Assembly: GCF_020969955.1 (NCBI RefSeq)
Contig: NZ_JAHDSX010000051.1
Span: 1 to 15,229, forward strand
DNA length: 15,229 nt
DNA from: Allobaculum fili
GTDB lineage: Bacteria; Bacillota_I; Bacilli_A; Erysipelotrichales; Erysipelotrichaceae
Direction: 5' to 3'
Shown: positions 6,811 through 14,400 of the stretch, piece after piece
Numbering within the stretch: the stretch's first letter is position 1
Layout: the number at the start of each line of letters is the position of its first letter
Position numbers and translations under genes: made by a program
The notes under the pieces: generated by a model
Databases searched by the model: none
Seen by the model: the letters and a program-made list of their open reading frames with translations, nothing else
What the model was told of the DNA's origin: nothing

Positions 6811-7923
6811 ATGCGAATTGAACAGATTACTATTGAACAATATGAAAAATTTATCGAAGACAGCCAGTTAGGCTTTGTCTTCCTGCAGATTCCCTCGTAC
6901 GCGAAACTGTATGACCGTTTCATTCTGGCGGGAATCAATGACGAAAACCGCATTACCCATGCCGTCATCGTTGAACCCAAACCCGCTATGAAGATGTGGA
7001 AGTTTGCGTATACTGCCGGCGGCTTTTTAAGCGATGACCGCGCTCATGACGCGGACTTCCTGGAAGAAGCTTCCGAGTATCTGAAAAAGGAAGGCTTCAT
7101 TCTATGGCGTATTGAATCGTCTGTGGAAGTAAAAGAATACGACCGCGAAGGCGCCGTTGTGGAAGGCGGCTTTGACAACACGAAAGAGCATCTCGCTCTC
7201 GCCGAAAAAAACGGATTTCACTGGCACGAATCGCCGTTAGGCACCGATACGAGCCATCAGATTACATGGCAGTCGGTCGTTGAGCTCAAAGACGGCATCA
7301 ACCAGCACCACAAAGGCTATCAGGGCAAGCTCACTCCGGAAATTCCAAACCGGGACATTGCGGATATCGACAAGCTGATGTCCGGCAGCTCGAGAAAGTA
7401 TACCCATAAGGCCGAACGCGAAGGCTTTACGCTGACCATCAAGAATCCGTCCGAAATGGAAGAGCAGGACTGGGCCGATATCGAAGGCATGCTTGACAAG
7501 TCCGGCGAATACAAGAACTTTGATACCGGATCCGGCGAAAAGCGCCGCGATCTGGCCAGCGTATCCGACGGTTACTGCAAGCTCGTCAAAGTCCACAATG
7601 CGGATGGACAGCTGGTTTACGGCGGCTACTGGTACGTAACCAACATGGAAATGTTATGTTACTTCGGCGGAATTGACCGCAGTGCCGTCCGCTATAACCT
7701 TTCCGGCTTCATCCATCATGAGATGTATAAGCACGCCCTTGAACTCGGTCTGGAACGCTACAACTACGGCGGAATCAGCGGCTACTTTGAAAAGGGTCAG
7801 GACGGCTACGGCAGCTTCTTTTTCAAACGCGAACTCGGTGCGACCGTTGTTCGTACGTTCGGCATTTTCGACAAACCGCTCAACGCGATGGGCAAAATCT
7901 TCGAACAGCGCCTGAACAAGTAA
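6811..7923 (+). CDS. FemAB-family (FemX/MurM-like) aminoacyl-tRNA-dependent peptidoglycan interpeptide-bridge transferase
   Basis: Collinear with Weissella FemX as I recall it. KFAYTAGGF..FILWRIESSV corresponds to KFAYASKGP..YVLRFDPEV, and YFGGIDRSAVRYNLSGFIHHEMYKHALELGLERYNYGGISG corresponds to YMYAGSMDG..YAVQSEMIQWALDTNTDLYDLGGIE. The start MRIEQITIEQYEKF at 6811 has GGAAG 6 nt upstream. The ATG at 6721 is an unlikely N-terminal extension. Confidence 0.85.
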   Translation: MRIEQITIEQYEKFIEDSQLGFVFLQIPSYAKLYDRFILAGINDENRITHAVIVEPKPAMKMWKFAYTAGGFLSDDRAHDADFLEEASEYLKKEGFILWRIESSVEVKEYDREGAVVEGGFDNTKEHLALAEKNGFHWHESPLGTDTSHQITWQSVVELKDGINQHHKGYQGKLTPEIPNRDIADIDKLMSGSSRKYTHKAEREGFTLTIKNPSEMEEQDWADIEGMLDKSGEYKNFDTGSGEKRRDLASVSDGYCKLVKVHNADGQLVYGGYWYVTNMEMLCYFGGIDRSAVRYNLSGFIHHEMYKHALELGLERYNYGGISGYFEKGQDGYGSFFFKRELGATVVRTFGIFDKPLNAMGKIFEQRLNK

Positions 7924-8082
7924 ATCCGAAAGAAATTCAGCCGGCAATACAGTTCAATCCGGAATACAGGAAGAAACGGGAGCAATCGACAAGCGCTCAC
8001 GTTCAGACGATTCGCTTTATAAAGCCAGTCGTTTCGATCCTGCAAATTCACAAATCCGATTCACAGAACAGACTTAGAAATC

Positions 8083-8129
8083 CAGCGGGATGGTCAGTCA
8101 CACAGGACAGGCCATCCTGCTGCTTTTTT
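8083..8129 (+). terminator. Rho-independent terminator downstream of the FemAB-family gene
   Basis: 11-bp stem CAGCGGGATGG (8083-8093) / CCATCCTGCTG (8112-8122, one G-U pair) with an 18-nt loop, followed by CTTTTTT. Confidence 0.6.
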
Positions 8130-8221
8130 ATACCCAGACGAAATAAATACGAATATCCGCTTTCGACATTCATCCCGCAACCGTGTTTCGCTCAATAAAC
8201 GTGCATCCTCCGGCACAGAAA

Positions 8222-8304
8222 TTTGTCGATACGAATTGGCAGAAGGGGCCGTGTCGAAGCGAATCGGCGAGACAAATGTGTCGAAGCAAATGGGGCGAAG
8301 GGAG
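8222..8304. repeat. Three imperfect tandem copies of a ~27-28-nt unit with core TGTCGA[AT][AG]C[AG]AAT
   Basis: Cores are at 8224-8236 (TGTCGATACGAAT), 8252-8264 (TGTCGAAGCGAAT) and 8279-8291 (TGTCGAAGCAAAT), spaced 28 and 27 nt apart. The flanks are partly similar (GGCAGAAGGGG vs GGGCGAAGGGAG). Confidence 0.5.
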
Positions 8305-8313
8305 CGAGCAAAG

Positions 8314-8351
8314 CGGAAAGCAGCATACGGATAGCAGAATACGGAAAGCAG
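8314..8351. repeat. Three tandem copies of a 14-nt unit CGGA[AT]AGCAG[AC]ATA
   Basis: CGGAAAGCAG (8314-8323), CGGATAGCAG (8328-8337) and CGGAAAGCAG (8342-8351) with an exact 14-nt period. The array abuts the terminator of the 708-aa gene. Confidence 0.5.
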
Positions 8352-8383
8352 AAAAAATCCCCTGTTCAAGTCGTGAACAGGGG
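8351..8383 (-). terminator. Rho-independent terminator of the 708-aa membrane protein gene
   Basis: Perfect 10-bp stem CCCCTGTTCA (8359-8368) / TGAACAGGGG (8374-8383) with a 5-nt loop. On the minus strand it is followed by ATTTTTT. Confidence 0.75.
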
Positions 8384-8450
8384 AAGAAAGAACGAAGCAA
8401 ATTTCTTGCGGGCTGTGGTTGATATGCAGCCAGGAAACGAGGTGTACGGA

Positions 8451-10577
8451 CTAGTCGAGGATCTGGTAAATCACGTCTTCGGTATTCTCGTCATCGTAAA
8501 CAATCTGGTAGGAAATGCCGCCGGCGTCGAGAACCTGCGCATCGCGCTCCGTACCTGCGATGTAGTCGATATCCCAGTTTTTGAGCATCGAAACGGGCAG
8601 ATTTACCTGTACTACGTCGCCCGAAGGGCTGGCAATTTCCAGATCGCCATCCGGAATCAGGGAAACGTAAATGTGCGCGTAACGGTTAATTTCGTCTTCA
8701 AACTTGTGCTCCGGATCGATGAGTTCCCATTTTTCGAAATCCGGGTAGAAGTTGACGCCGTTAACGACTTTGACGCCATTGGCCATCATCAGCGCCTGAC
8801 GCAGATCGTTTTCGGTCGTCAGCCACCAGGAGTCAGGATTTTCTTCACGAATCTGTACAGCGGCCTGTGCCATGGGGTATTCGGCAACGCTCGCCGTTCC
8901 CTGCATGATCGGGTTGACAAGCATGCCGCTGCCGGCTGTCCATGCCAGCATGCCGCAGAGGGTCAGCTGACGATAGCGGGTAAAGGCCAGCCAGAACAGG
9001 AATGCCAGACCGATTGAGAAGACATAGAACATGGCCCGCGATCCAAACAGCCGCAGGAAGTTTGGCAGGATCATGTAATGCGTAACCATAGCGGCAAGAA
9101 CGGCGTAAATGGCGCAGGCGACAAAGCCGGAGAGCGTTTTGTGCGGGAACTTGGTGTCCTGCACTTTGTAAATCGTCCAGACGGTAAAAATCGTGCCGGT
9201 ATAGCCAAATACGGTCTGCATGCGGTTGCAGGAAGAAAGCAGAGTCACTTTCGCCAGCCATACCGGGATTTCAAAGTGCAGATAAAACGCCTGGAACAAA
9301 AGGGAAAGGAAGAGAACCGTTCCGATCCAGCGGGAGCGGTCTTTCTTCTTTCTCAGCCAGTAGAAGAGATACGGATAGTACAGGCAGCAGGCAACGCCAA
9401 ACTGCGTAAAGCTCGAGATTTCACTGTTGTTAAGCAGATCCGGATCGGTATACGTCTGCAAAAGGCTGACCGGGTTGATAAACAGCATCCACGGTGCGCC
9501 GGTCGCCCCATGAACGACGCGATCGCCCGGATAAACGGTATCGTTGGCCATCATCAGCGCATCTTTTGCCGAAAGCAGTGTCGGCACCAGAACGATGCAA
9601 AGACCGCCGATGACCGCGATTACGTTCCAGATGTTGCTCTTTTTCCATTCCAGCTCATCTTTATCCCGATAAAGACAGGCGCACATTAGGAAGAAGGCGA
9701 GCAGTCCGCAAGGAACCTGCAAAGAAGGGAAGAGGGCCAGAACAAAGCCGTCTAACGATGCAATAGCCAGAAGCGTGAAGGCCCATTTTTTCCAGCCCTG
9801 CGCGCGGAAAAACCAGTAGCCGACCACAAAGAGCGTACTCGCCCAGAAAATCGCATCGTAGAAATGGGGCGAGAACCACCACTGCATGCCCGGCGCAAAC
9901 GTCAGGATAATGGCACCAAAAACGGAAAGGTATTTGTTTTTCGTCAGGATGTGGAACATCTCGATCGAAACCATCACCATCAGAATCGTTTTGGACAAAA
10001 AGTACCAGGAAATGCCGTAGGCGTTTCCAAACAGAATGTAGCCCCAGACAAACGGCTTGCCGATCAGGGAGAGCGACAGAACCGGGGAGTTGTAGCCGAC
10101 GATCATATCCTGACCGCCGATCGACATCTGATGGGAAATCTGGGCGTAGTCGTTGTAGTACTGGGAGAAGTAATACGGAAGCTGTACCGCATACTCATCG
10201 GCCCGCGGAATACGCGGACGGCCCATTAAAATGGACTGTTCCACTTCCGGATTTGCGGTAAACGAGTACATGTAGCAGGCCGCGTTGGACGTGTGGATCT
10301 GGAAACAGAGCAGAACCACAAACACAATCGCCGCAATCAGCCAGCGCCAGCGATACATTTTCTCGAACACCCCGTTCAGGAATTTGGAATAGAACAGGCG
10401 AAGCAGGTTGATGATCAGAACGAGCGTTCCGCACACCGCGATGATCGTCGTTTTTGTGAAGAAAACAGAAGTGAAAATGGTATAAGCCAGAATCAGCAGC
10501 GATTCCAGAAGAATCATGATGACTTTGGATCGCGGCAGTCTGGTTCGATGAAGACGGAGCGTAGAGGACGTACTCAT
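8451..10577 (-). CDS. Large polytopic membrane protein (>=12 TM helices plus a ~150-aa soluble C-terminal domain); possibly a GT-C-fold glycosyltransferase, family unassigned
   Basis: 708-codon ORF with SD AGGAAGG 9 nt upstream of the ATG and a strong terminator after the TAG stop. Hydrophobic helices run throughout. The first predicted external loop carries an acidic RADEY motif, reminiscent of the Asp/Glu loop-1 motif of GT-C enzymes. The C-terminal region (NPDSWWLTTEND...YQILD) is hydrophilic. Confidence 0.8.
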   Translation of the reverse strand: MSTSSTLRLHRTRLPRSKVIMILLESLLILAYTIFTSVFFTKTTIIAVCGTLVLIINLLRLFYSKFLNGVFEKMYRWRWLIAAIVFVVLLCFQIHTSNAACYMYSFTANPEVEQSILMGRPRIPRADEYAVQLPYYFSQYYNDYAQISHQMSIGGQDMIVGYNSPVLSLSLIGKPFVWGYILFGNAYGISWYFLSKTILMVMVSIEMFHILTKNKYLSVFGAIILTFAPGMQWWFSPHFYDAIFWASTLFVVGYWFFRAQGWKKWAFTLLAIASLDGFVLALFPSLQVPCGLLAFFLMCACLYRDKDELEWKKSNIWNVIAVIGGLCIVLVPTLLSAKDALMMANDTVYPGDRVVHGATGAPWMLFINPVSLLQTYTDPDLLNNSEISSFTQFGVACCLYYPYLFYWLRKKKDRSRWIGTVLFLSLLFQAFYLHFEIPVWLAKVTLLSSCNRMQTVFGYTGTIFTVWTIYKVQDTKFPHKTLSGFVACAIYAVLAAMVTHYMILPNFLRLFGSRAMFYVFSIGLAFLFWLAFTRYRQLTLCGMLAWTAGSGMLVNPIMQGTASVAEYPMAQAAVQIREENPDSWWLTTENDLRQALMMANGVKVVNGVNFYPDFEKWELIDPEHKFEDEINRYAHIYVSLIPDGDLEIASPSGDVVQVNLPVSMLKNWDIDYIAGTERDAQVLDAGGISYQIVYDDENTEDVIYQILD

Positions 10578-10669
10578 ATCGCCCGACCTTCCTTTCGTCG
10601 ATGGGTTTCGCTTTCAGAACGCCATCGCTCGAATTCAAAACAGCCTTGATCAAACAGGCAGACAGACAT
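10574..10669 (-). CDS. Candidate 31-codon upstream ORF translationally coupled (ATGA overlap) to the 708-aa membrane protein gene
   Basis: Minus strand reads AAAGGAG, 7 nt, then ATG TCT GTC TGC ... GCG ATA TGA (MSVCLFDQGCFEFERWRSESETHRRKEGRAI). Its TGA overlaps the downstream ATG as ATGA (10574-10577). It was not in the supplied track (too short). No homology evidence. Confidence 0.3.
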   Translation of the reverse strand: MSVCLFDQGCFEFERWRSESETHRRKEGRAI

Positions 10670-11075
10670 GGCAAAACTCCTTTCTTGCGTCTCCGGTTTT
10701 GAATGAATATTCGCAGAGAAAATCGATGTATAAATGAGGACTCTAAATAATCAGATCCTGTACACACAGAAACACCTCAGAAAAATCTGAGGCCAAATCA
10801 GAAGAAACGGGTCATTAAATCCCGCAGGACTGTAACGATTCTGTGTCCAATCGATCCTGTCCGTTCAGGACAGTCAGAAAGATATTAACATTTCTGGATT
10901 TGAAATCGTCCTTTCATCCGGAACTAAAAAAGACAGGAACAGGATCCGTACAGTTTCACATGTGGAAAATCGTGCTGCATTTTGGCCAGACGGAATTTCA
11001 GAAGGACTGAGGGAATGCAGGAAAACCGAAAACCATAAAGGACCAAACGGAACCGAAAGAATCCATACGGTATAC

Positions 11076-11089
11076 TGAAAGAGCTTACA
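11076..11089 (+). promoter_or_regulatory. cre-like (CcpA-type catabolite-responsive element) candidate upstream of the glycoside hydrolase gene
   Basis: TGAAAGAGCTTACA matches 13 of 14 positions of TGWAANCGNTNWCA, with a mismatch at the central C. It is immediately preceded by a -10-like TATACT (11071-11076) that has no convincing -35. Confidence 0.25.
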
Positions 11090-11307
11090 CAGGATGGGAA
11101 AATTCGACGCGGAAATTTTCCTAAGCAGTCCGACGGAACTGAGAAGACTCACTCAGCCAAAAAGACGGCATGAAACGGGCAATTGTGCCGTCTGTCAAAA
11201 TGAATGGACAGCGCTTTTTCATCGGAAACGGGCATACAGATCGAAAGAAAAAGAAAAACATGCGTCGAAAACCAGTTCAGGAATACAGGATAAAAACAGG
11301 ATAAAAT

Positions 11308-11490
11308 ATGAAACGGAAAGGAACAAAAAGCTTGCTGTGCGCCTTTCTGGCTTTAAGTTCACTGAGCAGCGCGCCGGTTTTTGCCGCGCAGTCATCCAGC
11401 GATTCGGCCGTCAGGATGATCCGATCGACCGACAGAGTTCAGAGAAATTACAGCGCCAGAAAAGCTGCGCCAAATACAGCCGTCGCTTAA
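11308..11490 (+). pseudogene. Signal-peptide-encoding 5' segment, in the same frame as the downstream glycoside hydrolase ORF but cut off by TAA at 11488-11490
   Basis: MKRKGTKSLLCAFLALSSLSSAPVFA|AQ is a canonical Sec signal: basic n-region, hydrophobic core and an A-x-A-like site. AGGA lies 6 nt upstream of the ATG. 11308 and 11500 are in the same reading frame, and only one stop codon separates the two ORFs. Confidence 0.5.
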
Positions 11491-11499
11491 ACCGCACAA

Positions 11500-14400
11500 A
11501 TGCCGGCGGCCGAGCATCTGAAAGATTACTGGGATTTTGAAGGGAATACCCCGCTTCAGTCCAAAACGAGTACCCATACCGCACTTACCGCAGTTACTGC
11601 GCAGACCGCTTCGGCAGAAAACAGCCTGTTTGGTCAGGTTTATCGTTTTCCGAGCGATCCTTCCCAGCATGCGTGGCTGCAGGCCTCGAACTATATCAAT
11701 ACCGGTCAGGGCCGCATGACCTTCGCCTTATGGTACAAATACGATCCAAGCCAGGACAGTGCGGACGGATCGTCTGTCGTACTGCTTCAGCATACGGGAA
11801 GCGGAAGAACGATTCTCTCGCTGCGCGCAGACGGCCATTATCACACGTATCTGAACGCCACGGATGTGTTCTCAGAAGGAACGGTTGCTAAAGGCGAGTG
11901 GCAGCACGTCGCGATCAGCTTTGATCAGGACGCGAAAAAAGTTCGCTTCTACATCAATGGAAAATTTGACAGTGAAAAGGATCTGGGCAATACGGTTCTG
12001 AATCAGATGTTTGATCTGCGGATCGGTCACCATAAAAACGATACAGGAACCAACCCGCACGGTCTGCGCGGCGATCTGGATGAACTTTGCGTGTACGACA
12101 CGAAGCTTTCGGATGCCGATGTACTCGAACTGTACGCGCAGAAAGGAAAAGGACTCCTTCTGACGGATCTTGAAGAGTGGGTCGCAAAAGGACAGACTCT
12201 CTGCGACGACAGCAAAGTGAGCCCCTCGGCAAAAACAGCCGTGCAAAACGCGCTGGATGCAGTGGAAGCGCTCGATCCCGAAACGGTATCCATAAATGAA
12301 CTCCAAAACGCCTGCGAAACCTTGAAAACGGCATGTCAAAATGCGGAACAGTCTCGTCCGGCCATTCTGCATGTGGAAGACGAGATTCTTCGAACGATCG
12401 ATCCGGATTCCATTTTCGGCATCAACCATCGCTATGCGTTTAACGCGTATGGAACCTTTGATGACGAAACGATGCAGGTTAAGGACGAGTTCAAAACGCT
12501 GTACAAGGATGCAGGTTTTGGATCGATTCGCTATCCCGGCGGATCCATTTCCAACCTGTTCAACTGGAAAACGACGCTGGGTCCAAAAGAACAGCGCAAA
12601 AAACAGGTTCATGCCTTTTATAACAATGGAAGACAGACCGGCATCGATCCCAACTTCGGACTCGAAGAAATTGCCAGCTTCGCCGATGAAGTCGATTCCG
12701 ATATCGTTTATGTGTACTCGCTGGCAAGAGGCAGTGCGCAGGACGCATCCGATCTGATTGAATTTCTGAATGCGAAAGTCGGAACCAATCCAAACGGCGG
12801 CATCGACTGGGCGAAGGTGCGCAGCGATTACGGCCATCCGGAACCGTACAACGTACAGTTCTTTGAAATCGGAAACGAAATCCAGCAGTGCTGCGGCATT
12901 AACAACGACGGCAAGACGACCCAGGGCTACTGGATCGATTACCGTTCCGACGGATCCGATGCGGTTCACGCCTTCACCCTCGGTGCGCCAACCGCTTATA
13001 ACCGGATTTATGCGGCCAACCCGGACAACTGGGACGAAAACGCCTCCCGCTCCGACGGATCGAAAAACATGGTTCGTCAGCTGCGTCACGTCAATACGAA
13101 CACCATGCTTTACGAAGACGGAAAACTCCGCATGGATCCGGATTTCCAGGCACTGGAAAACGGTGCCCACGTCTACGTCGGTCAGAACGCGGCTTCCGCG
13201 ACGGAATGGACGATTGTCGATTCCCTTGAAAATGCCGGACCAAACGATCAGAAGTGCACGCTGAACTATTCCACAGGCGAAATCACATTTGGAGACGGAG
13301 TCCATGGCGCCGTTCCTGCCAGCGGTCATGGCATATACGCGTCCTACAGCGTGAATCATGACGGCTTTAACGATGTATCCGAAGCGATGCGCCAGACCCA
13401 GTCGCGCATCAATGAACTGGAATCCAAAGAGCATGACGTGAAAATTTATACGGCCTGGGAAAACGTCAACTTCGTCAATCTCGAAAATCAGCTTGGCAAA
13501 GCGGACCTTTACGACGGCATGACGATTCATCCTTACTCAGGAACCGTCAACGAAAGTTCAGATGAAGCTTTCCTGCTTGATGTGATGGCCAAAGCGCAAA
13601 ACTGCAGAAACCGCGTCGTGAACTACTTAAACCAGATGCCGGAAGACAAAGTCCCGGCCATTTCGGAATTTGGCATTTACTACAACACCAGCGGACGTAC
13701 GCGTTCCCAGCTGCACGCTCTGTATGTCGCCCGCTGCATTATGGATTATGCCGAACTGGGCTCGCCCTACATTCAGAAGCACTGCCTCTCGGATTACTAC
13801 ACATCCGGAGCCGATGCCTTAGGTCCAACGCAGCAGGCCGTCATTCAGGTTGTGCCGCTGGCCGGCTCAGATACGGCCACAGGCAAAGGCAATTTCGGTT
13901 ACTTTGCGACGCCAAGTGCGCACGTCTTCCAGATTTTCAACGCCGGATTTGGAACCGAACTGCTCAATTCCTCCCTGTCACAGGACTACACGCTGTCCAA
14001 CAACGTCAATTCCATTTCTGTTCTGGCCAGCCGCGATGAAGAGCACAACTATTCCATCGCCATCGAAAACGCGGATCCGACAAATGCGCGCGAGATCCAG
14101 ATCGAACTGCCGGAAACGGTCGAAAACGCAGTGATCAAGGCGCAGCGTCTGGAATCCAATGGTCTGGCGGATGAAAACAGCCTCACCAGTCCCGCAAACG
14201 TTACGGTCCGTACAGATGAAATTCAGACGGATGAAGACGGACGCGTTTTTGTAACCGTACAGCCGCATTCGTTCCTGATTCTTCGCGTGTATGAACCGGC
14301 CGATAAGACGGAACTCAATTCGCTCATTGAGCTGGCGAAAAATGTGAAGACCGATGGCAGTGCGAAGTTTACCGATCTGAAAAACCGCCTGGATCAGGCG

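Noticed and set aside
8222-8351. The tandem repeats as a CRISPR array.
   Set aside because: Units are contiguous with no spacers, only three copies each, 14-28 nt and imperfect. No cas genes or leader are present.
8223-10229. Plus-strand ORFs of 264, 203 and 121 aa (8223-9017, 9078-9689, 9864-10229) and minus-strand ORFs (8845-9261, 10195-10767).
   Set aside because: They overlap the 708-aa membrane-protein CDS in other frames or on the other strand. Their translations are Arg/Gly/Asn-rich mirror images of hydrophobic codons. The start of the 8223 ORF lies in the tandem-repeat region beyond a terminator.
10874-11540. The 92-aa minus ORF (10874-11152) and the 148-aa plus ORF (11094-11540) in the long intergenic region upstream of the hydrolase.
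   Set aside because: The minus ORF starts at GTG with no SD, and the plus ORF is Lys/Arg-rich and overlaps the signal-peptide ORF out of frame. Neither has recognisable motifs. The region is better explained as a divergent promoter and leader region.
11872-13530. A 552-aa ORF on the minus strand, the second-longest minus-strand ORF in the second half of the window.
   Set aside because: It lies entirely antisense to the glycoside hydrolase CDS, whose sense frame has clear domain motifs. Its translation is Arg/Phe/Val/Ile-rich with no recognisable motif, SD or terminator. This is a typical shadow ORF caused by codon bias of the sense gene.
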